Assembly: GCA_963796275.1 (NCBI GenBank)
Contig: CAWCKY010000003.1
Span: 1,600,001 to 1,664,000 of the forward strand
Length of the DNA: 64,000 nucleotides
Reading direction: 5' to 3'
DNA from: an uncultured Acidobacteriota bacterium
GTDB lineage: Bacteria > Acidobacteriota > Blastocatellia > RBC074
The notes below the pieces were generated by a model. The model did no database searches. It had not been told where the DNA came from and was given only the letters and a program-made list of their open reading frames with translations. The translations under genes and the position numbers were made by a program. Shown here piece after piece: positions 43,813-52,913 of this stretch. The first letter of the stretch is position 1; each line of letters begins with the position of its first letter.

Positions 43813-46800
43813 ATGAACACCCTACTAGCTAGAGGCATATTGGTGGTAGCTGTACTCACTGCCAGTGTCTTCTCACAGGACTTCCGGGCCACGGTCGGCG
43901 GTCTGGTGACTGACCCGAACGGACAGGCGATCGCGGGCGCGACAGTCAAGGCTGTCCGTGTCGACACCAATGAGACCAAGGAAGTGAGGACGACGTCCGA
44001 GGGGCGCTATAGCATCCCATACCTCAATCCGGGCCTTTACAACATCGAGGTGGTTGCCAACGGCTTCCAGACGCTGAAGCGCGAATCCATCACGCTCCGC
44101 GTAGCCGATAAGATAGACCTGCCTCTGCAATTGACTGTCGGCCAGGTCAGCGAAATGGTTACCGTCACCGGGGGGCAGGAAGTGCTCGATGCCGGCTCGG
44201 CCGACCGCGGGCTGGTCTTCGACCCGGTTAAAACTCAGGAACTGCCGCTCAACGGGCGCCAATCTTACATGCTCCTGCCGCTGACGCCGGGCGTCATCTT
44301 CACGCAGGAGACCTTCGGGCCGACCGGCTTTTCCGGCACGCGCGGGTGGGACACGAATGGTTCATACAAGATCAACGGCGCGCGTGCGGGTCAGAATCTT
44401 TTTCTCCTAAACGGCGCTCCGATCAGCGGCGCGGGCGGCAGTTGGCAGCTTGCGCCCAACGTCGAGGCGGTGCAGGAGTTCAAGGTTATGACCAATACAT
44501 ACGACGCTTCGTATGGCCGCTTCGGAGGAGGCGTGGTCAATACGACGCTCAAGTCCGGAGCGAATTCGTGGCAGGGAAACATCTTCGACTTTTTCCGCAA
44601 CGCTATTTTCGACGCCAACTATTTCCAGAATAATGCTACCGGCCAGATCAAGCCGAAGCACAATCAACATCAATACGGCGGCGTCTTTGGCGGCCCGATT
44701 CGCAAGGACAAGGACTTCATCTTTACCAGTTTCGAAGGCTGGACCGAAAGGATCGGATTTCCGACGTTACAGAGCGTGCCTCCCGATCAGTTGCGAGATG
44801 GCCAGAACTTCGGTGCTCTCGGCATTTCGATCTTCAATCCATGGAGTATTCATAATTGCGGTGATAGGGCGAACGAGACATCGGCATTTTGCACGGTGAA
44901 CAACACCAGGCGCCTATTCGTTCGCGATCAGTTCAGATGTGACGATGCTGGCAATCCTCTCCCGCTACTTGAGAACAATCTCCAGAATCAGGGTATTGGT
45001 ACACCTTGCAATAAGATTCCACAGGCACTTCTCAGCCCGATTGGGCAACGGATACTCTCATTCTATCCCAGCGCGACCGCCGGTCTGGGAGGCCAACTCA
45101 ACAACAACTTCGTCAATGGCGGCAACGTAGGACGATATCGTTATTATCAGCCGATGGTGCGCTGGGATCATATCTTCAACGAGAAGGACAAGCTTCATGT
45201 CATTTTCACCTACCAGCACGGCGGCGAATATCGCAATCAGACGGGCTTCGCGGCTCCGTCGGGTTTTGGTGACATCGGGTCGGAGCGCACTAATCAGAAC
45301 TACATCATCTCCTGGACCCGTGTGATTTCGCCGACCACATTGCTCGATGTCCGTGCCTCCTATGGCCGATTTACTTCCTTCTTTCCCAGTTGGACTGATT
45401 ACAACCTGACTCCACAGGACCTGGGCATGATACAAATGCTCAAGGCGCCCTCGCTATCGATGAGGGGAGTTGAGTTGAACTCGGTTCCCAGAATTACGCT
45501 CGGCGACTTCACGTCACTATTCGGTGGCGGCGGCCTTTTCAGTTGGAACACGGAAAACCAGTGGAACCTCGCTCCCAGCTTGACCCAGACGCGCGGCAGG
45601 CACAATCTGCGGATTGGCGGCGAGATCAACTACTATGCTACCGGTTCCTACGGCCCGGGTTTGGGAACCGGCAACTTCGATTTCAACTCAGGTTGGACGC
45701 AACAATTCCCCGATGTCCGGCGCAACGGCCGCGACGGCAGCTCGATAGCCGGTCTCCTGATGGGTATACCCGCGGGCGGTGGTATCGACATCAATAATTC
45801 CGCATACCAATCCCGCCCCTACTTCGGCATCTACATTCAGGATGACTGGAAGGTCAATACTCGATTGACCATGAGTCTCGGATTACGTTACGACGTGCAG
45901 GTTCCCTGGCTTGAGCGGTTCAATCGCAGGGCACGTGACTTCGATCTCGAATCCAAGAATCCGTACAGCGATCAGATTCTGGAAAATTGGAGGAATATCA
46001 AGGCTCAATGGGATATCGATCATCCCAATGACTCGTATCGCTATCCTGATCCGCCCGCGGAGTTGAAGGGCGGATACATATTCGCTGGTGTAAATGGCGA
46101 GCCGCGCCGGACATACGATACTGACTGGAGCAACATCGCGCCCCGCATCGGCATTGCATTACGCATAACGGACAAGACGGTGCTGCGCGCAGGCGGCGGA
46201 GTCTACTTTCAGTCGCCCACGCAAGGAGGCGTCGCACCGGGATTCAACCAGGGGACCCCATATATCGCAGCTATCCCAACGCTGAATGGCGCTCGGCCTC
46301 AGGCAGGGATAACGGGGCCTTTTTCTCTCGAAAACCCGTTCCCGAACGGACTTGTGATACCTCCCGGTTCTAGCATGGGGCTGGCTACCAATGCCGGTCA
46401 GGGAATCAGCTTCGATACCCCGAACTTCAGGATTCCGCGGACTTATCAGTATTCCCTGGGATTCCAACACGAGCTGCCGAACGGGATATTGTTGGAGGCG
46501 TCCTATGCCGGCAACTATCAGATATACATCCCGTACGGCTACAACATGAACCGCTGGAGTCTGGACGATAACAATCGCGGTTTTGCGGATAACAGTTATC
46601 TGAATCGCAATCTGCCCAATCCGTTTTTCGGTATCCTTCCCTATTGGACAGGCCTCGGAAACGGCCTCACGATCAGCGCGCAGAACCTGCTGAGGCCCAA
46701 TCCGATCTTCACGGACATGGTCAATAATTTTATTCAGGATGGTCATTACCGATCCGACTCCCTCCAGCTCAAGGTCGAGAAGCGGGTGCTCGGCGGCGGA

Positions 46801-47433
46801 ACTTCCGGCATCCTGACTTTCGGATTGTCATATACATTGGCGAAAGCGTTTGAGCAGAATCATCGGTTGAACGACTGGAATTTGGAAGAGACGCCCGTAT
46901 ATGAATTGGACAACACCGATAAGACTCACAGTCTTTCACTCTACGGTGTCTGGGATTTACCCGCGGGCAAAGGGCGGAAGTTCAATGTCGGCAACCCGGT
47001 GGCTGGAGCGGTTATCAACAACTGGAGCTTCGACTGGATACTCCAATACGTCAACGGCTATCCAATAGGCTGGCCGAATCTCATAAACAATTGCGGCACC
47101 TGGAAGGCGACCGAACCGAACGAGGATGCCTGGTTCAACAACGACAAGAGCTGCTATGCGAGGTACCCGTCTTTCGCAGTCCGTACGCTTCCGGATCGAT
47201 TCCCCGACATCCGCGAGCCCCAGAAGCCGCAGCTGAACATCGCCCTCTCAAAGACGTTTCCCTTTAAGGAGAAATATAAATTCCTCCTCCGTTGGGAGAC
47301 TTTCAATGTCACCAACACTCCTATTCGCCCTGGTCCTGACGGGAATATCGACAACGCCACATTTGGAATGTTGCCGAAGAGCCAGAGAAACTTCCCGCGC
47401 GTGATGCAGATCGCGGCGAAGTTCTACTTCTAA
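43813..47433 (+). CDS. TonB-dependent receptor (Oar-like, CarboxypepD_reg N-domain)
   Basis: Signal peptide, GLVTDPNG, LPLNGR, EAVQEFKV, YIQDDWKV; ends in KFYF. Confidence 0.95.
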   Translation: MNTLLARGILVVAVLTASVFSQDFRATVGGLVTDPNGQAIAGATVKAVRVDTNETKEVRTTSEGRYSIPYLNPGLYNIEVVANGFQTLKRESITLRVADKIDLPLQLTVGQVSEMVTVTGGQEVLDAGSADRGLVFDPVKTQELPLNGRQSYMLLPLTPGVIFTQETFGPTGFSGTRGWDTNGSYKINGARAGQNLFLLNGAPISGAGGSWQLAPNVEAVQEFKVMTNTYDASYGRFGGGVVNTTLKSGANSWQGNIFDFFRNAIFDANYFQNNATGQIKPKHNQHQYGGVFGGPIRKDKDFIFTSFEGWTERIGFPTLQSVPPDQLRDGQNFGALGISIFNPWSIHNCGDRANETSAFCTVNNTRRLFVRDQFRCDDAGNPLPLLENNLQNQGIGTPCNKIPQALLSPIGQRILSFYPSATAGLGGQLNNNFVNGGNVGRYRYYQPMVRWDHIFNEKDKLHVIFTYQHGGEYRNQTGFAAPSGFGDIGSERTNQNYIISWTRVISPTTLLDVRASYGRFTSFFPSWTDYNLTPQDLGMIQMLKAPSLSMRGVELNSVPRITLGDFTSLFGGGGLFSWNTENQWNLAPSLTQTRGRHNLRIGGEINYYATGSYGPGLGTGNFDFNSGWTQQFPDVRRNGRDGSSIAGLLMGIPAGGGIDINNSAYQSRPYFGIYIQDDWKVNTRLTMSLGLRYDVQVPWLERFNRRARDFDLESKNPYSDQILENWRNIKAQWDIDHPNDSYRYPDPPAELKGGYIFAGVNGEPRRTYDTDWSNIAPRIGIALRITDKTVLRAGGGVYFQSPTQGGVAPGFNQGTPYIAAIPTLNGARPQAGITGPFSLENPFPNGLVIPPGSSMGLATNAGQGISFDTPNFRIPRTYQYSLGFQHELPNGILLEASYAGNYQIYIPYGYNMNRWSLDDNNRGFADNSYLNRNLPNPFFGILPYWTGLGNGLTISAQNLLRPNPIFTDMVNNFIQDGHYRSDSLQLKVEKRVLGGGTSGILTFGLSYTLAKAFEQNHRLNDWNLEETPVYELDNTDKTHSLSLYGVWDLPAGKGRKFNVGNPVAGAVINNWSFDWILQYVNGYPIGWPNLINNCGTWKATEPNEDAWFNNDKSCYARYPSFAVRTLPDRFPDIREPQKPQLNIALSKTFPFKEKYKFLLRWETFNVTNTPIRPGPDGNIDNATFGMLPKSQRNFPRVMQIAAKFYF

Positions 47434-47456
47434 CTCATCGCTGGCCTTAAAAGCTA

Positions 47457-47499
47457 AGAGGCGCCTATTGCCGCGAGGCATGGGCGCCTCTCCCATTTT
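47457..47499 (+). terminator. Probable intrinsic terminator
   Basis: AGAGGCGCCTAT...ATGGGCGCCTCT hairpin followed by CCCATTTTT, just after the stop codon. Confidence 0.6.
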
Positions 47500-47760
47500 T
47501 ATTGGCGGATTGCCGCGGAATAAAGTAAAGTCCGTTATCCCAAACAGGACGACTACGCGAACTGCCCGGCGTTGCAGAAATTGGTGACATTCGCTTCTCA
47601 CCTGAAATCAGAGACTCAACGGTTGAGCATTCCCGCAGACCTGCAGAGTGTCAAGCTTCTTTTCCCTATCGTCCATTGCCAAAAGCCCAGACTGTAATAA
47701 GAGAAGCCGGATGTTGATTCCGAGCCGCGCACCTTGAGTGCTAATGCGATTAAACAATGA

Positions 47761-47840
47761 GCCACAAAAAGGGAAAGAGAACACAAAAAGCGCACAAGGT
47801 ATAATCCGTGCCTTTTTATGTTCTCTTATGTTTTTGTGGC
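47761..47840. repeat. Intergenic palindrome (purine/pyrimidine arm type)
   Basis: gccacaaaaa..aagagaacacaaaaag pairs with ctttttatgttctctt..tttttgtggc. Confidence 0.8.
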
Positions 47841-47855
47841 GAATCCAACCCCCAC

Positions 47856-50336
47856 TCACTTTGATGCCGTAGCGCCTCTCGGCCCGGCGTTCTTCACATA
47901 CTTATCCATCCAATTGATCATCTCGGCCAGCGTATGCAGCACCGACTCGCGTGCGGCATAACCGTGGGCCTCGTACGGGAGCGTCACATAGCGCACGGTA
48001 GCGCCGTGGCCTTTGAGAGCCATGTAGAGCCGCTCGGACTGAATCGGATAGGTGCCCGAATTGTCATCAGCCTCGCCGTGAGTCAACAAGATCGGCTCGT
48101 TGATCTTGTTCGCGTGCCAGAATGGCGACATCTTCGCATAGATATTCGGCACCTCCCAGAAGGTGCGCCGCTCGGCTTGGAACCCGAATGGTGTGAGCGT
48201 GCGGTTATATGCTCCGCTGCGAGCGATGCCGGCGCGGAATAGATCTGAGTGCGCGAGGAGATTGGCTGTCATGAATGCGCCGTAACTGTGGCCTCCCACT
48301 CCGATGCGGTCGCGGTCGGCTACTCCCATCTCGACTACTTTGTTGATGGCCGCTTCCGCGCTTGCGACGAGCTGCTCGACGTAGGTATCGTTCGCCGTCT
48401 CGCCCTGGCCGACAATCGGCATGGTCGGGTTGTCGAAGATCGCATATCCCTGCGTCAACAGGAAAAGGTGTGACATTCCGGTAACTCTGATGAAGCGATA
48501 AGGCGAGCCGGTTATCTGGCTGGCCGTATCCCCGTCGGTGAACTCGCGCGGGTACGCCCACATCACCAATGGCAATCGCTCGCCTTTCTTGTAGCCGGGC
48601 GGCAGATAAAGCGTGCCGCTCAGTTTTACGCCGTCTTTCCGTTCATAGGTGACGAATTGTTTTTCTATTCCGGTTAGCTGCGGCGCCGGATCTTTGAATT
48701 CGGTGATGGCGCGTTTTGTCCCGGCCGCGAGGTCGCGGATGAAATAGTTCGCTGGTTCGGTCAACGACTCGTATTGGGTGAGTACGGTCTTCGCATCATC
48801 ATCGAGCAGGGCAACGACCGATTCGTATGACTTTTCATCACAGTGGAAGAGCCGTTCGGTCTTGAGCGTTTTCAGGTCGATCCGGTCGAGGAAAGGCCGG
48901 TCGCCTTCCCTGGATGCACCTTGTCCGGTCAGATAGACGTAATCGCCACGCTGAATTATCAGTCCGCTGCCCCCAATTCCACCGCGACGGCCACCGCCGC
49001 CGCCATCAGTATCTCCATCTCTCCTGGTGACCGGTGCCCCGGGGTTTTTATAAGCATCCTGTTGCCGTCGCTCCCAGATTTTGCGCGGCTGTGCGCCGGC
49101 TTCGAGAATCCAGGTTCGCGTAAGACGCGTCGGGCGATCGTTTTCGCTCACCAGCGCGATCCCCTTTTCGGTATATGCTATGCCATCAAATCGCCACTCG
49201 GTCTTTATTACCTCGACCGTCGCGCCGGAGAATGGCGCCGCGAGCGCGACGACTTTATCCCGGAATGGTACTTTGTTCTTCAGGCTTCCCCCATCGAGCG
49301 CTTCGACCCAGGTCATCGTCGCAGGTTGATCGGGGCGCCAGCGGAAACTGCGCGGCCCGGTCTGTACGCCGTTAATCGGAACGCCCTCGCTTGACGGCAC
49401 CTCGGCGATCTTATTGACTGCCTCGCCTCGCTTGTTCCATATCTCGACATCATTAGGAAAGCCGCTCATCGGTACCAGCCGGGAGAATGGACGCTTGATC
49501 CGGGATACGAGAAGGTACTCGCCGCTCGGGGATGCGGATACACTCTCGATGATTGCGGGTTTGCCGATCAGCGTCTTACGGCCGTTGTTGCTATCGAAGG
49601 TTGCAACCTGGCTCGTAAAGTAGTACTCGAAAATGGCCTCATCATGATTGGTTTTGATCAGGTCCTGCACGGTCGCGGCGGGAGCCGCCTTGCCGTCATT
49701 CTCCTGAATGTTCGGGCCTGCCGGAACGCTCGGCGCGGCAGGGGCCGGGCCGCGGCCGGCCGGCACGATAGTGCAGATCAGCGTGACGCCATCCTTCAGC
49801 CAGTCGCAGGGATCACCCCCGGTTCCATTTAAGCGTTCTGACCCGCTGAGTAGCTTGGATTTTCCCGAGGCTGTGTCGGCGACCCACAGTTCGATGCCGT
49901 TTTCTCTGTAGTTGTTGAATGAAAGCCGCTTGCCGTCGGATGAGAAGCTGACGCCGCCGATGTTAGGATCGGGAGGCAGGGTCATCTTCTTTTCCGTGCC
50001 ATCGACAATAGATTTCAGCGTGATGGCGATGATGCCGCCGCCGCGTTGCTGCCGGCCATTAGTTTTCGGATTGATGCGTGCCCCCGCGACCCGATGGATC
50101 GGCTCCGCTAATTCGGCGATCGCTGGCATGCTGCGCCGTGAGAGCATCGCGATCGTGCGGCGATCGGGAGAGACGGTCACGCTTGGCGTCGGCTGTGTAT
50201 CGAGAATGTCGACGATGACTTTCGGCGGCGTCAGATACCCGGATACTGTGGCGGGTTGTTTCCGCGTCTGTCCATGCTGCACCGAAGTCAAGGCGAGAAA
50301 GAATGTGGCGATTAATACAAATAATCTTTTGCGCAA
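47856..50336 (-). CDS. S9 family (prolyl oligopeptidase clan) secreted peptidase, glutamyl endopeptidase-like
   Basis: WAYPREF, GGHSYGAFM, HGEADDNSG and PYEAHGY. Confidence 0.93.
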   Translation of the reverse strand: MRKRLFVLIATFFLALTSVQHGQTRKQPATVSGYLTPPKVIVDILDTQPTPSVTVSPDRRTIAMLSRRSMPAIAELAEPIHRVAGARINPKTNGRQQRGGGIIAITLKSIVDGTEKKMTLPPDPNIGGVSFSSDGKRLSFNNYRENGIELWVADTASGKSKLLSGSERLNGTGGDPCDWLKDGVTLICTIVPAGRGPAPAAPSVPAGPNIQENDGKAAPAATVQDLIKTNHDEAIFEYYFTSQVATFDSNNGRKTLIGKPAIIESVSASPSGEYLLVSRIKRPFSRLVPMSGFPNDVEIWNKRGEAVNKIAEVPSSEGVPINGVQTGPRSFRWRPDQPATMTWVEALDGGSLKNKVPFRDKVVALAAPFSGATVEVIKTEWRFDGIAYTEKGIALVSENDRPTRLTRTWILEAGAQPRKIWERRQQDAYKNPGAPVTRRDGDTDGGGGGRRGGIGGSGLIIQRGDYVYLTGQGASREGDRPFLDRIDLKTLKTERLFHCDEKSYESVVALLDDDAKTVLTQYESLTEPANYFIRDLAAGTKRAITEFKDPAPQLTGIEKQFVTYERKDGVKLSGTLYLPPGYKKGERLPLVMWAYPREFTDGDTASQITGSPYRFIRVTGMSHLFLLTQGYAIFDNPTMPIVGQGETANDTYVEQLVASAEAAINKVVEMGVADRDRIGVGGHSYGAFMTANLLAHSDLFRAGIARSGAYNRTLTPFGFQAERRTFWEVPNIYAKMSPFWHANKINEPILLTHGEADDNSGTYPIQSERLYMALKGHGATVRYVTLPYEAHGYAARESVLHTLAEMINWMDKYVKNAGPRGATASK

Positions 50337-50673
50337 GGTGAGTCTCCTATCTTTTCTTGATTTTCTATTGGTGCTTACTTATGGTCTGCTATTCAAGACG
50401 CAATGTTCAACATGTAGGTTTCAGAATGTTGATCATAACTTCGTCTATGTTCGTTTGAAAATGGTGAAGCTTCAGATGCGGGTAATGCAAGTCTTGATGT
50501 CTGTGGAATGCACGGCCTGATGTCTTGGGAAAATAGATGCGACTACGGATTACGTCCAATTAGCGACGGTTGATATAGAGCGACGCGACGCGGGACAATC
50601 TCGTGTGTCTCTGTGGGGTTGAAACATAATAGAGATTCGAGTTCTTGCCCTATCGGGGCTATGTATTGAATTG

Positions 50674-50884
50674 AGCGCCGAAGGCGCGGAATAAAATAGC
50701 CGCGGGTGGAGCGCGCAGCGCGCAACCCCTGGTAACCGGCAAGCGAACCGCCGCGCCCTGTAAAGGCGCAATAGACGAATGGCTATTTCACCCTTTCAGG
50801 GCTTGACGGTTCTCCTCGATGCTTTCAGGGGCTTCGCGCTGCGCGCTACACCCCTGGCTCTTTTATTTAGGCCCTTTGGGGCCT
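50674..50884. mobile_element. 211-bp palindromic MITE/REPIN-like non-autonomous element
   Basis: About 58-bp imperfect terminal inverted arms, each with internal hairpins; inner pair gccctgtaaaggcgcaatag / ctatttcaccctttcagggc. Confidence 0.7.
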
Positions 50885-50925
50885 ACTGCAATGAACTTGG
50901 CAGCTTTCAAATCACGTTTTTAACT

Positions 50926-51789
50926 ATGAAAATTATCATCACCGGCGCAGGCGGATTTGTCGGGAAGCGATTGACCCGATTCTTCTCTACATGTCACGAC
51001 GTCCTTGCCCTTTCGCATCAGATGCTCGAGATAACCGATAACCATGCAGTTAGACGGTTGATCACAGATATCCGCCCGGATCTGATAATTAATTGCGCGG
51101 TGCTGGGTGTGGACGAGTGCGAAGCCGATCCGTCGCTGGCGTATTCCGTCAATACCGCGGGGCCGCAATATCTTGCAGAAGCCGCCACCGAATGTGATGC
51201 CGAAATAATGCACATCAGCACCAATTATGTCTTCGATGGGAATCTCGCGGCTGGATCGTTTTACACGATCCGCGATGCGGCACTGCCGATCAACAAGTAT
51301 GGTGAGACGAAGCTCGCCGGTGAGATCGCGGTGCGGCAGGCAGCGCCGAAGAGTTATATTGTGCGAACCTCCTGGGTCTTCGGTCAGGGCAAAGAGAACA
51401 ATTTCTTCGGCATGGCGGCGCGCGCGTTGATTGAAAGGAGGCGCCTGCGGGCCGTGACGGATATCTGGGCGAGCGTCACCTACGTGGACGATCTGGCCGC
51501 AAGAATTGACGAAATCCTCGCCTTCCATCGCTATCAGACGTATCATGTCGTAAATGACGGCGCCTGTTCGTACTATGATTTCGCTTGTGAAACCGCGCGC
51601 ACGCTGAAGCTGACGAGCGCGGAGATAAGCGATTTGATCGAAGCCGCCACCGAATCTGAAATGCAGCGCAAGGCTCCTCGTCCGAGGTATACGCCGATGC
51701 GCTGCCTGGTTTCAGAGGAGCTCGGACTTCCGGCATTGCGCCAGTGGCGGGCAGCGTTGTCCCCATACTTAAACGGCCTTCGTGGCTAA
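50926..51789 (+). CDS. rfbD: dTDP-4-dehydrorhamnose reductase
   Basis: MKIIITGAGGFVG, INCAV..VDECE, HISTNYVFDG, YGETK, RTSWVF and APRP. Confidence 0.88.
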   Translation: MKIIITGAGGFVGKRLTRFFSTCHDVLALSHQMLEITDNHAVRRLITDIRPDLIINCAVLGVDECEADPSLAYSVNTAGPQYLAEAATECDAEIMHISTNYVFDGNLAAGSFYTIRDAALPINKYGETKLAGEIAVRQAAPKSYIVRTSWVFGQGKENNFFGMAARALIERRRLRAVTDIWASVTYVDDLAARIDEILAFHRYQTYHVVNDGACSYYDFACETARTLKLTSAEISDLIEAATESEMQRKAPRPRYTPMRCLVSEELGLPALRQWRAALSPYLNGLRG

Positions 51790-51821
51790 TCCCCTAGAAG
51801 GGCCGGACGAAAGGATCATCA

Positions 51822-52707
51822 ATGAAGCAGAAAACTATTATTTTCTGCGCCGCCATCCTGAGCCTCTCTTTCGTCTTCTGGCCGGCGCGGACGCAAAACC
51901 TTTCCGATCGCAAGTCTCTACTAGAGTCTTGGAATAAACCGTTCAAACCCTTTCGCATCATCGACAAGATTTACTACGTCGGCACCAACAATCTGGCGTG
52001 TTACCTGATCACGACGCCGGGCGGTCACATCCTGATCGACACCGCGATGCAGGAATCGGCGCCGATTATCCGGGCAAACATCGAGGCGCTCGGATACAAA
52101 TTGAGGAACATCAGGATCATTCTCTCAAGCCACGCGCACTTCGATCACGTCGCCGGGCACGCGGATATGATGGCTGCGACCGGCGCCAAGGTTTACGCCA
52201 CAGAAGCAGACGCCGCGACGCTGGAGAGCGGCGGCACCAAGGGGTTTCATCCGCTGACGCCCTACAAACCCGTCAAAGTAAGCAGAGTGTTGAAGGACGG
52301 TGATATTGTAAGACTCGGCAATGTGGCTCTGACGGCTCACCTGACTGCCGGCCACACGGAGGGAAACACAACCTGGACGACCACGGTCGAGGAGAATGGC
52401 AAGAAGTATGACGTCGTTTTTGTCGGGAGTATGTCGATCAATCCCGGCGTCCGGATGGTGAACTATCCGCCATGGCCGAAGATCGCGGAGGCCTATGCCA
52501 AATCTTTCCGAGTCTTGAAAGAGTTGCCGTGCGACGTCTTCCTGGGGCCGCACGCGCCCTTTTTCGATATGGAGGAGAAGGTGCGCCGGCTGGAAGCCGA
52601 TCCCAAGACGAATCCATTCATCAGATCCTGATGGCTATCGCAACTACATCGTCAGGTTTGAAAAGCTATACAACGATCAGCTCGAACGGGAGCGCGACGA
52701 TAAATGA
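51822..52707 (+). CDS. Subclass B3 metallo-beta-lactamase; one-base insertion near 52623
   Basis: Signal peptide, PFRII..YYVGT, SHAHFDH, GHTEG and LGPHA; removing one A restores NPFIDPDGY...DK-stop. Confidence 0.88.
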
Positions 52708-52830
52708 ATAATCAGTTGGATGCTGCTGAAACCAGTAGCCGTCGCCTGATAGCTGACAATTCTCCCAACTGATTATTGATTGGTGGTGGAAACCGGTTTC
52801 CGGTTGTTCGGGCAAAAAATCACAACAAAA

Positions 52831-52900
52831 CTCACGCAATACCGCAACGGCGCAAAGGAGAAAAGAGAAAAGTCTTTGCGTCGTCGCGGTTTTGCGTGAG
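52831..52900. repeat. Intergenic palindrome between convergent genes
   Basis: ctcacgcaataccgcaacggcgcaaag pairs with ctttgcgtcgtcgcggttttgcgtgag. Confidence 0.8.
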
Positions 52901-52913
52901 GTAACCTTCATTC

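Noticed and set aside
50779-50925. N-terminal extension of RfbD in the ORF track
   Set aside because: It is read through the MITE-like element; the Rossmann motif starts at ATG 50926
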